Below, piece by piece: positions 8,776 to 22,936 of a stretch of DNA of 64,000 nt (the first letter of the stretch is position 1; each line of letters opens with the position of its first letter). Under the pieces are notes generated by a model, which was not told where the DNA came from, ran no database searches, and worked only from the letters and a program-made list of their open reading frames with translations. This DNA is from Schmidtea nova (Eukaryota). The stretch is taken from the NCBI GenBank assembly GCA_044892505.1, contig CM097882.1, positions 203,174,001-203,238,000 of the forward strand. Reading direction: 5' to 3'. The translations under genes were made by a program, and so were the position numbers.

Positions 8776-8838
8776 ATGACTCATCGATGACTCATCAAAA
8801 AAAAAGTATGACTCATCGATGACTCATCGATGACTCAT
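8776..8838. repeat. Five ATGACTCAT (AP-1/TRE) motifs in the TIR of Polinton A
   Basis: At 8776, 8787, 8808, 8819, 8830. Confidence 0.9.
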
Positions 8839-8938
8839 CAAAAAAAAATTTTCTACCCCCCTCCGGGGGTCTTTGTTCTTTTTCCGCCCACGCATGAGTC
8901 ATAATGTCTTTGTTCCCGGCTCCACACATCTACCTACT

Positions 8939-11900
8939 AACGAGAAACGATGAGGTCAAGAAAGAAGTCGAAGCAGAAAGTGTAGCCGTAATACAAAAGA
9001 AGAACACATATGCAAATGTAACCAATATAAGATCTGGGAATCGATAATAGGAATCGTTTCGATTCAAAAATGAAATACAGAGACGGTACAAGGCAAGAAT
9101 CCGAATTTCAACAAACTTGGCATCAGCCAGATCAAGATAAATTTAGAAAACAAGAATATAAACCCCTATTCAACAATGATAGAACATTCAATAACCGACA
9201 ACAAAGAAGCGACAACAATTATTATAACCAAAATAGAGATAACTACAGAAATTCAAGAACAGATGCAAGACACAGGAAGTGTTGGGCATGTAGAGAAGAA
9301 GGACACATACGATCCGAATGTCCGAATGTACAATGCAGTCATTGCTACAAGAGAGGCCATTTCAAGTACCAATGCTATGATGTGTCGACAGAGAACCGTT
9401 TCCTGAAAAATCGACACGTTGCGATAATCGGAGAGGACTACGAACGATCAATAAACGAGGATGACCCAAACGGATATGCTCCATCATAAGGAGAGGTGGT
9501 TGGAGCAATAAATTAAATGTAAGTAATATTTTGAGCAATGTATGTATGAAATTTAATGATTGTGATTGTGTGAATGATATTGATTGTAGATAATTTGAAT
9601 AATAATAATAATAATATTTATAACAATATAAATAAAGTATCACGTCTAAAGGACAATAAACAAACTGATAGAATAGGTACTGAAATTTGTGTTATTAAAG
9701 ACTTCAATAGGTCAAATATTACGTATAATTATATGGGTGGTAGGCCCAGTGTGGAAGTAGAAATTAATAATAATATAATCAGGTGTATGTTAGATACTGG
9801 TGCAAAGATAAGTGTGATTGAATATGAAATAATAAAAAACATTAGAGAAATTAAAATAGACAAAAGTGATATAGAAGTGAAATGTGCAAATGGGAGCTCG
9901 ATTAAGGTTATTGGAAAAGCAATGATAAAAGTAAATCTAGAGAATTCTTCTAAAATAATAGATTTTTACATAACAAATGAAGTAATACAAAAATGATAGG
10001 AGGAATCAACTTTTTAAATAAATTTGAGATATTTTTACGGAAAAATCAAAACAAAGATGAGATTGCTTACATTGAAGAAAATACTAATCAAAATAATGTT
10101 CTAACGTTAGATCATGAAATTCAAAATATTTTGAAAGAATTCGATCCAATATTTATGAAACATAAATGGGATATTGGTTTAACAACGTTAATTAAACATA
10201 ATATTAATACTGAAGGACCACCGGTGGTAATAAATCCACGTCGCCAACCAATACATTTGATAGAGCAAATAGATCAAAATATAAAAGAGGTGGAAAAGTA
10301 TGGAATTATCGAGAAATGTGAATCTGCATGGAACTCTTCTCTTGTATGTGTAAAAGAGAAAGGTAAAGATGATATCCGCATCTATTTAGATTTTCGGGCA
10401 TTAAATTTAGTAACCGAAAGACCGATTTTTCCAATACCAATCACCGAAGAAATGATGGATTTATAAAATGGATCAATTTATTTTACTACTTTAGATTTAG
10501 GCAATGCTTTTTACCAAGTAGAATTAGATGAACTTTCAAAGATAAAAACCGCATTCTCAACAAAGAACGAACAATATTGCTTTAATCGTATGCCCTTTAG
10601 AATCGCAGCAGCACCTGCAACATTTCAGAAATTAATGAACAGGATACTAGGACCCTTAAACTGGATATATTAATGATATATTAATTTTTTCTCCTACAAA
10701 AGAAGAGCACGTTAGGAGAAATAGAAATGTTCTAAATCGAATAAAAGAAGCTGGATTAAAATTGAGTATGAATAAGTGCAACTTCATGAAAGAAGAAATC
10801 AAATTTTTAGGACACATTATTAACAAAAATGGTATAAGAACAGATGATAGCAAATTGGAGGCAATTAAACAATACGAGAGACCGAAATGTTTGAAGAAGT
10901 TAAGGAGCTTCCTTGGTTTAACTAATTATTATAGACGATTCATAGAAAATTATTCGAAATATTCAAAAGACCTAGAAAAACTTTGCGGAAGCAGCCAAAC
11001 GAAATTGATTTGGACAGGCGAATGTGAAATAGCTTTTCAAAACCTTAAAGAAAAATTAATGTTATCCCCGATTTTGGCATTTCCTGATTTTTCGAAAGAA
11101 TTCATTTTAGATACCGATGCCAGTTTTGATAGGATAGGAGCGGTATTATCACAGTTAGATGCTAGTGGAAATGAAAGAGTGATAGCTTATGGCTCTCATG
11201 CGATGAACACCCACGAATTAGGTTACTGTATTACTAGAAAAGAACTACTTGCGATTTACTATTTTACATTGCATTTTAAGCACTATTTATATGGTAAACG
11301 ATTTCGGATTAGAACAGACCACACAGCGATAACTTTTATGATAAAAACTAAAAAGCCAATAACACCACAATTCCAAACATGGATAAATCATTTAAGTAGT
11401 TTAGATATGAAATTGGAATACAGAAAGGGTGACCTACATAATAATGCTGATGCATTGTCAAGGAAAGACTGCGTGACTTTCGTACAATGTCAGACCATCA
11501 CGAAGAACCAAAGAAAGGGAGATTAAAGACAAGATTATTTGCTCTCATGCTAAGAGACAATGGTTCAGCATGACAAAAGGATTCAAAAGATATATTAATT
11601 ATAAAGAAACAAATTAACGACGATGAAAAGTTAGGCTTAAAAGTTGAAGATGAGGTTATAAAAACAATGAAAGACAAAATATGGATACCAAATGACAACG
11701 TAAAATATTTTATAGAATATACGCATCGTACACTTTGTCATGCTGGAGTAAGGAAGGTAAATGACTATATATCACAGAAGTTTGATATGGAAAACAAAAT
11801 GGAAAATATTAAGAATGTTGTTCAAAGTTGTGAACAATGTCAAAAAAGAAAATCTGTTACCACACGCACGAAAGAAACGATAATGAAACATAGAATACCA

Positions 11901-12841
11901 GAATTATTTGAAGTTGTATTTGTAGACATTTGTTGACCATTCAAAAAGACAGTTAATGGAAAGAAATACATTCTTGCAATAATTGATCAATTTAGTCGAT
12001 ATATTTCTTTGAATGCTATAGCAAGACAAGATGAAAATACTACTGCAAAGGTAATTAGAGATAATTGGATTTTAAGATTTGGAGCACCAAAATTGATATA
12101 TTTTGATAAAGGAAAAGCGTTTGAATCTAACGTAATAAAAACACTTATAGGAACACATAAAATGGAGATAACATATAGTAGTCCATATCATCATTCGGCA
12201 AACGGCGTGATTGAAAGACAATTTAGAACTATTAGAGATGCTATTCAAATATCAATAAAAGATAAAATACATAACAGTAATTGGGCCGATATATTACCAG
12301 AAGTAGAGTTCATGTTAAATTCAACAATTCAAAGCACAATTAGATTCAGTCCAGCAGAAGTAGTTTATGGAAAGAAAATTTACAGAGAATGGCCTTCGAT
12401 AGTTTTTGGCGAAATTGAAGTGAGTGATTATATGAAAGAACAAAACGAAAGAAGAGAGATTATAGATTCAGAATTACGCTTAAATGAAGACAAATTGATA
12501 TATAACAACTCGACAAGAATAAACCGTGAGTTCTCGATTGGGGATCGTTTTAGTTAAAAAGGACGTAAGAACGAAAGACGACGATAGGTTTGATGGTCCA
12601 TGAGAAGTAATAGAAAAGAACCATGACAGGAGTTATAAAATAAAAATGCCAAATGATAAAGTCTTGATTAGAAATATCGAATGGCTTAAGCGATACCATA
12701 TAAGCAAATAATTGAAAATAAAAGGAAGGGGGATGTGAGATGAAATTGATAAATTAATTATATATTATAAAAATCAGTATGAGTGTTATAGTATGTATAT
12801 GTTGTGTATGAACGTTGAAATTGCTCAAAGTATTATTTATA

Positions 12842-12884
<43 letters not shown>

Positions 12885-13031
12885 TCCGAGATAATTAAAA
12901 AAGAAAAATATTTGTTTTAATAATATATATTTTTGAACGAAAGCGTGTTTTCAATTTATGTATAAGAAAATTAATAATCAACCTAATAATATATATGTAT
13001 TTTCATATGTTAATTGAATGAAAATATTATT

Positions 13032-13073
<42 letters not shown>

Positions 13074-13300
13074 ATAAAAATACTAGGGTTGTTTAAATAA
13101 TCAAAAGCACTTGAGCATTTTCGAATCAAAGAGAAAACGCAAATCAAGATGGAGCTGAAGCAACAAAAGAAAAAATCAGCACAAATATATTGTTAATCAA
13201 TAAAATTTTTATTATTATTAACTCCAGTTTTGTTATTTCAGTTATCAAATCAGATTATGTTTCATCGATATTTTTCTCACTTTATTAGTCTCTACACCTA
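8939..13300 (+). mobile_element. Degenerate Gypsy LTR retrotransposon (gag end, pol, 3' LTR), interrupted in gag by Polinton A
   Basis: Two CCHC knuckles (9070-9489), MLDTGAK protease, RT/RNase H (ILDTDAS), integrase fragments with stops and frameshifts; purine tract AAAGGAAGGGGGA then TG at 12734; right boundary approximate. Confidence 0.85.
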
Positions 13301-13559
13301 TGTATTATGTTAGATGATGCAGTAGTTTTAAAAAATGAATTTTTGTACGTACGGTGATTTTATACGATGATAAATTGATTGCAATAACTTTCGAGTTATA
13401 TCAGAAATTTGTGTTGGATATAGAGATAAGTTGGATATACTAAATACAAATGCACTGGTTGAACAAGAGTGAAAAGGACAAATTCTAATCAGACTATAGA
13501 GTTTGGCAGACAATGAACGGATATTGTTAAAAGATAATAGATTAAGAAGTAAAGATTTT

Positions 13560-14421
13560 TAAATGAATGCGATGATTACACAAGACATATTGGAAAGTTC
13601 TAAAATCTGGATCATATAAGTGGTTTAATTGAACAAATTAATATGGATACTTTCACACCGATTAGGCATCGTAAAAAATAAATTAACCTTGTTTGTCAAT
13701 TTGTTCACGTATTTAGTCATTCAGACATTGACATTGGACGCTGTCAGTTAATAAAATAACAAATGAAAGTTAACCATGATTAAACTATAGATGTACGACC
13801 AAGAAGAGTAGACTGATCGAATTGTTGAAGATTTAAAGTTAAAACAAATAATTTTAAAAATTAAGTTCGTAAAATGGTCTTTTAGTTTGTATTAGTGAGG
13901 CAAAAGGTAATTTATGACTGTGTGGACAATAAGAAGTTGAATTTATCAACAGTAAGACCAATTATCCAATTACAGAAGCAACACAACCTTTTGATTCTTT
14001 GAGAAAATTTAAAGTGTTTAAAGTTTTAGATATATCAAACGGTTATTAAAATGTGCTAGAAAAGGGAGATTAAGGGAAGACTGTTTACACAACTAGATGA
14101 GGGCAGTTTGAATTCAACAAGATGTCATTAGCACCAGTAACCTTTCAAAGATTGGTGCACTTGATTTAAAAAAAGCGGAACTGAAAGCAATGTTTAATAT
14201 ACCTTGACAATGTTTTGATATATGGAAGTACACCTGAACAACAACTAGAAAGAGTAAGTGCGGTGCTTCGAAGACTAACAGAATTAGGAATAAAATTAAA
14301 ATTAAAACATGAAAAATGTAACTTTTTGCAAAAAGGAATTTCAATAGTTATGTTTTTTCAGGAAGAAATAAAATCAGACCCAAAAAAATTGAAAAGTCAA
14401 ATAACTGAAATGAACCTTAAT
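13560..14421 (+). mobile_element. Second, more decayed Gypsy pol remnant (RT region)
   Basis: IYGSTPEQQLERVSAVLRRL..KCNFLQ in ORF 14215-14460; cut at 14422 by a Polinton terminus. Confidence 0.6.
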
Positions 14422-15700
14422 AGTAGACAGATGTGTGCATTGCAGAACAAAGACATATAACGTCATAACATATGTGCGTCCAATGAAAATCAAGTAGACC
14501 CCGGGGTCCCTCTTTTTGTGCCCCCCATCATTTTTTTTGCACACTCCCCCTACATTTTTTACTCACGCACACACGATAAATCAAAAAAATTTATATTTTA
14601 ATTTTAAGATCAGTTTAAGGTCAAGGTAAAAATTTTTAAGGTCAAATTTACAAAAACATAAAAAATATATCAACAACTTTACAAACTTAAATTTTTCAAA
14701 ACCCTAAAAACTTGCAATTTTTCAAAAACCTTTAAAAAATACAAAAAACAAAAAAAAATCAAAAATTCAAAAACTCAAGAATTAATTATCAATATTTATT
14801 AAAATTATATTAAGCGATTCTAGCACTGTTGATTTTCCAAAAGGGAGACTCTACTTCTTTTGGATCTACTTTAAAGCTTTGAATCGATATAACAATAAAC
14901 CAATTTTCATTGTTCATAAACTCAACGGATTGAAATGAGTCATGAAAGTAAGTTTTCTTGTTGTTGATATTTATTGTTTTATTGCATGATAATTTTTTGT
15001 TGATTTTCATCAACACTTTATCGATCGAACAGACATCTTCATAATAAGGCTGATCGATTAAGCTTGAATATTGCGAGGTTGACAGCTTTATTGAATATGA
15101 GCACTTGAATGGGATTTCATTTACCAAGAAAAACATTTGGTAATCGTGAAACATTTGAACCGGTTTGAAATCATTTTTGGCTTGAATTGATATGATTTCG
15201 TTGATAACTGGATTTATTTTAACTGAATCTTTTATTGGACTCGATTTACTGAAAAGACTGCATTTTATGAATAAGAATAGTTTTGTTAGGTTATTTATAC
15301 TAGTCATCGTATGTGTGCTAGCTTGCATGTGTACTGCATGTGAAACCTATGTGTTCTGTCCTGCACATGTGTGTGAGTATGAATAATATTATTATGCATT
15401 TGTATTGCACGTTGAATAATTACAAATTGATTCGTTTTATTATTATTATAAATTTTATTATTGTTGCTTTTTAAAAATATTTCTTAAACAAAAAATACAT
15501 TTAAAAAATATATTTAACAACTAATAAACAAAGACAATATAAAAACAAGTCATGATTCATTTTAACTTGATTGCAACTTGGTTGCACATTGATTGCACAT
15601 TACTTGCATCTTGTTTACACATTGCTTAATTATAAATTGATAAAAAATGACAAACAAATTAATATTAAGCTATCAAAATTATAACCTACAAGTCACTTAT
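14422..15700. mobile_element. Polinton C terminal fragment, inverted relative to A
   Basis: Starts AGTAGACAGATGTGTG..GAACAAAGACAT, matching the reverse complement of the A terminus; carries a homolog of ORF 6768-7184; right boundary approximate. Confidence 0.75.
14810..15328 (-). CDS. Homolog of Polinton A ORF 6768-7184
   Basis: Collinear similarity over about 120 aa. Confidence 0.75.
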   Translation of the reverse strand: MQASTHTMTSINNLTKLFLFIKCSLFSKSSPIKDSVKINPVINEIISIQAKNDFKPVQMFHDYQMFFLVNEIPFKCSYSIKLSTSQYSSLIDQPYYEDVCSIDKVLMKINKKLSCNKTININNKKTYFHDSFQSVEFMNNENWFIVISIQSFKVDPKEVESPFWKINSARIA

Positions 15701-16762
15701 TAACTAAACTATTTAAAAAAAATAAAACAAGACTAATACTAATAACATACATACAAACAAAAGATTTATTAAAATAACATCTGTTTATATTGGAAGAACG
15801 AATTTATTAATATTTTTAATAATCTCTTCTTTAATTTTTCAGAAATTTTTTAAAATATGCATGCGAAATTAATAAAATTTTATCTAGTTTAAAAAAAAAC
15901 AATAAATAAATTAGACCAAAATAAATTTTTGATTGCTAGGTATACGATAGTTCGGCTCAATTTTTATCCAGTGTGCATTTATTATTGATAATATCTGTGC
16001 CGAAATATCGTGTACCTAACAACCAAAACAAATTTTTATTTAGACATACAATTATTAATATGAAAATTATTGATTTAAAAATAAGAGATCAATGGTGAAT
16101 CCAAACGATAATTCGAATAAATAAATTATGATATTTTCATTAATTTTAATTGCTCATAAAATATTTCTAATTATTTAAATTTACATAATTTTCCAAATAT
16201 TCGATTATTGCATTTTTTTTAATTTTAATAATTTCGCTTATAATTTTCATTTTAAATTTTATTGTTTCTATTTTAAAAGTGATGCGATTTAATCTTAACA
16301 AAATCAATATTTTAGAAATAAATATATATTTCATATTTTTTGTAGGAAACTAGATTGCTTTTAGATGAGATAAATTAATTTATTTTTGCTGATACATAAG
16401 CTTGAAAGTTTAGAAATTATATCGATTATAGTTATTCCAAATATGTCATTTAATTATTATTAAATATAATTAACTAAATAATGATTATTAAAATTTTAAA
16501 ATTATCAATAAATAGCTAATGAAATTTTGACCATTTCATTCAAGGATGTCCAACTCGCGACCCGCAACGAGCATTTTTGCGAACATTTTTCAATTATGAA
16601 AGGTAATAACTCTCCTGTTAGTATCCGCATTAATGACGCTCACCTTGGGTCAGTGTTGAAAGTCATCACTGCGAACCAAGTTTCTCCCAAAATTGGAAAG
16701 ATAGTAACAGAGAAGACATGTCAAATGTCAGGACTTAAACAATAAATTTTTATTTTTTTATT

Positions 16763-16839
<77 letters not shown>

Positions 16840-18598
16840 GTATTATTCGAAATAAACCTACGTTTCTATGAATATTGATTTTTTGTGGCCCACCTAAAGT
16901 TAAACCTTGTTTTTTTGGCCCAAGTTAGTTTTTGAGTTTGACACCCTTGGTTTACTTGATCAAGTGATTTCAGATGATATCCACCAAATAGTTCTTCTAA
17001 GGTTGGAAGTTCTAGAACTTGAAATGGTTTTTGCTAGTAAAGTTTTGGTTGCTTCTAAGTAAGTGTTTTTCACCCTAAAATTACTAGAAGTAGAGCTCTC
17101 ATTCAGTTATTTTGGAATAAGTAAAGTTTTCAAAATATTCTTTTTAAAAAAAGACGATATATCTTGATTATTCTATTTGTTTGAGGGTCATATTCTGCTG
17201 TTATGTGATCTAAATCTATAGATTTTACTAAATGCGTGATTCAAATTGATTGGTTTGATCATTAATCACAGGGCTGAGTAGACTGTATAAAGGTGATAAT
17301 CGTATTAGCAAATGCCTCCAGGGCGTTCTGCTTCTGGCTATATCAATCTTTTACCAGTCATAGTTTAAATGAGCCAATAATCTAAAGGGAGGAAATAGTT
17401 CGGCTAGATCTTGATGTACTGTTTCCAATTTATTTCACGTTGTAAAAGGCGTGATTATTAGTTTGATGTGGAATGCAATTTGGGAAGATTGACAGGGTAG
17501 GCTTGCCCCAATTTTTATAATATTGCCTTATTGTTAGCCAATAAACTCAGTTTTAAATAAATATTTTCAAACATTCTACGTGATTTAAATTGTAGAATGA
17601 ATTGAAAGCTAGATACCGAAGATTATTGCTCAAAATTTGATTAGTAGAATCTTTATAAGATTTGTTAGATTATGAAAATAAGTGCAAATGAAAATTTAAA
17701 TGTATAAGAAATTTAAGAGCAAAATCAATTAAATTCAAAAGTTGCAAAAATAGTATTTAAGTGCAAAGATTAATTAAAACAAATCAAAAAAGTCAATATT
17801 TTTCGTGGCAAACGATAAGTTATTGATGAATATACAAATATTTATTCAACAGGTGGTTCACAACTAATGCGATTACATAATTAAATTTTATTTGATTAAT
17901 TAGTTAAAATATTGTTGACAACATGAGTTATCTCAGAAGGCACTTAAATATTTTAATTTATAATATTTATTAGATTTGGGAAAATTGGATATGTTTAATG
18001 TTGGAGTAGCCTATATAAACGGAGACAAACTTGCCTTTTATTTATAAAAATTGATTCATTAAGAGCGCTGATTCAAGTTAGATATTTCTTATCAGACTTG
18101 TGACGTAATTCTAATGGGATATTTGATTTCCCTAACCCCTATATTATATATTGTGTAATCTCTGCATGTCTGATTGATTATGTTTGATTGGCTGGGTCCT
18201 CAGATAATATCACTGTTTATTATTTCACAAAAAGATATTGTTGATTGTGCTGGTGTGGGCACACCGGGTACTATAAATAGTACCTCAATTTCTTAAATAA
18301 AGTTTTTAGAATCTCTCAAGTTATTCTTACTCTTTAGAATACTTGTAAGTGATTGTATTTGTAAATACGGTTTATGGTTACTACTTATTACCAACCTAAT
18401 GAAGCCAACTATACACACGCTTTCAATCTGTAACATAATTTATAATATAAATGGAAAATAAATTATTGAAAATAAAACTTACGTGGATAACATTATCAAA
18501 ATATGATAAAAAGTGAAGAGAAAAAAACACACAAACACGATGCATAAAAAATGCATGAGAACTTTCAAAGGGCATAAATCTAACACATTAATTTTTAA

Positions 18599-18831
18599 CC
18601 CTTTCCACTCACATTAATTTAGCCGTGATTGTTCGTTCCAGTCATACTTAATTTTGAGAATTTTGTGGAATTTCAAGAAATTTTGTTGGAATTTGTAATT
18701 ATTTGATCCACCTATCTCAGGAACCACAAATCAGAAAGAAGTGATCTTGGTGTGGCAACCATTCTTGCCATCATGAGTGTTAGGCTAAAAAATTATTTGG
18801 CAAGAATTTTTGCCAAGATGAGTGGATAGGG
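18599..18831. mobile_element. piggyBac-type MITE
   Basis: TTAA on both sides; TIR CCCTTTCCACTCA / TGAGTGGATAGGG. Confidence 0.8.
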
Positions 18832-20515
18832 TTAATAAACTAATTTTATTAAGCTTTGAAAACAAAAAATTTGGAATATATTTTCATTTAATCAACTTTC
18901 CGTTGAGAAAAAAAGTGTAGAAATGACGCATGTCTTTTTTAATTCAGAGCAATCCTTCGATGACAAATATGGTATAATCAAAAATCTTCATTAAAATGAA
19001 TTTAGAAAATTATTTTGTCCACATTCGGTATCGGGGTTGCAACTTTCATTGTCGATACCCTTAAAACAAAAGTTAATAAAATAAAATATGCAATAAACAT
19101 TTATTTAAAAGATATCTTCTTTCACTGGTTAAAATTTTGCTTCTTGTAAAAATGTTAAAATTCTACTTATTTAAAATCTTCTGCGTATAAAATGTCCATT
19201 CCTCCTCTTCTGCTGTTCTTTTAAACAAAACTTTTATAAATCTCCATATTTTAATTTAATATAGATATGTATATATAATATATTAAAATTAGTTAAAATA
19301 TAAATAAATATATGTAAGACGGATGCACTACATTAGGCGATTTACAGAAAACTGAAAATCTTTCGAGATTGGTGTGTTTTATTGATACATTTTAGTGAAA
19401 TATTATTTTACTTACTGTTTTAACGAAATTTATTTTCAAAAATATATTTAAATCATAATTTGCTACAAAATTATTAAAAATAGATAGTGTAATAAAATTA
19501 TAATAAATGGTAATAGATAAAATTATAAAATTTTTGAATATAAATATTTTACAAAATCTCATATCATTATATCAATATCAAGTTTTAAAATTTTTTTTAA
19601 ACTAGCTTATCTGAAAGCCATTATAAAAATGGATAATTCGTCACAAATAAGAGAATTATCATGAGTCATAAGTAGGTGTGCACACCTGTGTGTATTATAA
19701 ACAATGTCGTATATTGAAATCAGATCTATCATTGATTATTGAAATAAACAAATATATCATTGAATCAAATTGAATAAATCATTGTTTTTAAGTAAATAAT
19801 TGAAAATGTATTATATTGAAAATAAAACTATTCTGTAGATTGGTAATGTTGTTTCTAATTAGATACGTGGAGTCAGATTCTAATAACTCTCCGAAATCGT
19901 TATAAGTCCAACATATGTATCACTTCGAATAATCGCAATCTATTAAAAATCTGAATTCAGATGGTAGAATGCATTTTAACAGTTCTCTTATATTTGACAT
20001 GCAGCTGGTATATTACATCTGAGACTGTCTTTCACGATGAATAAAACTTGATTGAACTTTTTGTTGAATAAGCAGAATTTGAAATTGAATTATAATATTA
20101 TGGAAATGATATAAAAAAGAAATGAAGGATATTTAAATAGTCTTCGTTTTACGCCAGCTATAAATTTTTCAAATCGTTCTAACCACAATGTCTGCTGTTT
20201 TGTCGATTGAAACAAAAGATTTCCTTCAAAAAAATTGTTACTACCTGTCACTATTCTAATCAATCATGGACATATACTATTTCACTCCATCATTTGATAT
20301 AAATCCAAATTGGTCATCAATTTTATCTGTCTTCTAGATTTATTCAATTTATTTATTACATTTGCTTAAAAGTTTGTTGACAACCAAAAGAAACTGTGAA
20401 TAAATGGTTAATAGATAATCGACGTGTCATTGTAATTATTTATATTAAAAACAAAATTTATTTTGATTTAAAAATGAGGAAAATATATTAATTAAGGTAT
20501 GAATAAGATACGCAA

Positions 20516-20569
<54 letters not shown>

Positions 20570-20571
<2 letters not shown>

Positions 20572-21527
20572 CGGCCTACCAAAAGTTTTCAGTCAGGCAG
20601 TTATTTACATATTGCAGTTTATAATGAACGTCTGGAGTGTAAATATGAACGGCTAACACCTTCAACATGCTGTGTGAGCACATGTACACACGCACTCACA
20701 CACAGAATAAGACTTCGCACACCAGACACACAGCAGTGAGTCATGTTAATGAAGGATTGTCATTTTCTTAGAATATGGCTACTCGGAGAGAGCTTACAGA
20801 CTTTCAGAAAGGCATTATTTACGGGTGTTACCTTTGTGGAAAAAGTCAGAGTGAAACTGCTGCATTGATTGGCCATCCCAAATTACCTACTTCCTGAGGA
20901 AGTGCCACCGGGATCAGACACTTGTCAACAAACAACGTTCAGGCCACCCTAAACTTCTGAGGATCCGTAAGCAACGGTAGCTGAAACGACTTGCGGTGGC
21001 TCATCGTCGGTTCCCTTTGTCCAAGTTATTATCCACTATTAATACTGGCCCTGTGCATGCCAGCATGTCCACCATTCGTTGTGCATTACATTTTTATGGT
21101 TTCTATGGCAGATAATTGGCAAGGAAGCCTTTGATTACAAAAACAATTAGTCTTCGTCGCTTGAAGTGGTGCCGGGAGAGGAAGAGAGAAGCCCTGATCT
21201 GAATCCTATTGAGTTTTTGTGGGACGCCCTTGGTTGACGAGTTTGCAAAAGGATTCCCATTGCCCGTAACGCCATCGAACTGGAAACGCATCTGCATGAG
21301 GAATGGACACACATCTCCCCTGATTTCCTGGCAAAAGTGGTCGATACAATGCCTAAACGAGTGTGCCTTGTTATCCAGGGAAAAGGTAATATAACGAAGT
21401 ACTAACTCTCTCAGCACTACAGACATTCAGTATTCGTGTGTGTTTCTGAAATTTGTTCCCATTGCTGTTCATTATAAACTGCAATATGTAAATAACTGTC
21501 TGACTGGAGACTTTTGGTAGGCCGAGG
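20570..21527 (+). mobile_element. Internally deleted Tc1/mariner transposon
   Basis: About 60-bp TIRs flanked by TA; transposase N-terminus MATRRELTDFQKGIIYG at 20775 and C-terminus PDLNPIEFLWD..MPKRV ending 21405; catalytic middle missing. Confidence 0.88.
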
Positions 21528-22936
21528 TATAGGTATTTATCAGAATGGTTTATAATTTATTTTTTATTTTTTATTCAATCGATTTTTATTATATGCATAA
21601 TTTACAAAATCTGGAACCTGTTAATTTACTATTACTCTATTTTCACACAAATACTCCGAACCTTCTTATACCTTTGAAAGGTTTGGTATTTTTAATATAA
21701 AATATAAGTTTAATGTTTGCAATTATATTTCAATCTGACTTTTCATGTCCTAGCTTGATAATAACTAATCTCTGTAATATATATTCTGAAACATATACCC
21801 TGCAGATATAGTATAGCCTATGGGGTATATGGGGAAGATATACTTCTTTGAAATTTTTATTTTTCAAGAAATAAGGCCAAGTCTTAATAACTTCATAAAA
21901 ATTCAAAATAATGACGCACACTGTAGTGCCTTAGATTATAAATTTCTCTTTTTTAATTAATTAATTTATTAAATAATTATTGAATGGAAGATTTAAATAG
22001 CATTGTTTTAATATTTACTTTTTCCGAGATACTTTTTTCAAATAAATCCAAAATAGTCCAACAAGAACTAACTATTTTTAATTCAAAATCAAAAAAGAAG
22101 TCAAATGAAATACTTTCAAATCCAAACGTCGTGACGAATCTAAGATCTGTGGAAATACCGAATGAAAAGAATACTTACAAACTATCTGATCGTGTCAATA
22201 ACAATCATCAGTCATTGAATACGACAATTCTTTCGTCTTCATCTCAATTATGTACTCCGATTGGAATAGCAAATTCTCATTTATTCAACCAATTTCAAAA
22301 CAATTCTCAACATTTCTCGTTCTTAAACATTCCTAATGAGTCTTCGATTTTCACTGTGAAACCAATAGAGAATTCAAACAAAAACCATTGAATCCCAAAA
22401 CAATATGTGTAATGTACAAACAATACAGAATTCCAGCACAATCAATAAAAATCAACTGACTAGGCTGCCAAAGATGCCATCGATGTTAAGGCTGAATATA
22501 CGTTATGTCTATTCGACTTACATCAAAATAATTGTTTTCCTACAAACACTTTTTTTCATTTAAAATTTAAATAAAGATAGTGAAATATTTCTAAATTTCA
22601 GAAGCTAAATATATGCCTTTGTAAATAATTGCCGTTAAATAAAAAGATTTGAAACAGAACTTAAAAAGTAAGAAAGAAATTATATATTATTGCTGCTGGT
22701 ATCAATTTCTTCATATAGAATTTTCTTGAGGCAATAGCATATTCTTATTCCGATTTTGCTTTCAAGAATAAGAACTGGAAAATAAATCTACATTAATTAT
22801 TATAAATAAAGAAACATAAAATTTTTATTATTAATTTTATTATTATGTTTTTTGTTTATTTTTATTATAATTATTTAATATTTTGTTAATTTATTACGAA
22901 AAAAAATAAATTGTTGGAAAATTTCAAGATTTTTAG

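Larger units (their letters stand above)
215..8938. mobile_element. Polinton/Maverick A, right half (left part displaced or lost)
   Basis: MCP, penton, integrase, A32/FtsK-like ATPase in Polinton order; terminus ...CTACCTACT at 8938; abuts a Gypsy gag remnant. Confidence 0.93.

Noticed and set aside
8434-8784. Lys-rich and Phe-rich ORFs on both strands
   Set aside because: Translations of the A/T-run tandem repeat, not genes
16527-16745. 72-aa ORF as a host exon
   Set aside because: No recognisable motif or partner exons
17100-18420. Possible decayed RT/RNase H remnants on the minus strand
   Set aside because: Only vague motif echoes; could not build a convincing frame
21984-22391. 135-aa Ser/Asn-rich ORF
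   Set aside because: Low complexity, no family motif, no supporting gene structure
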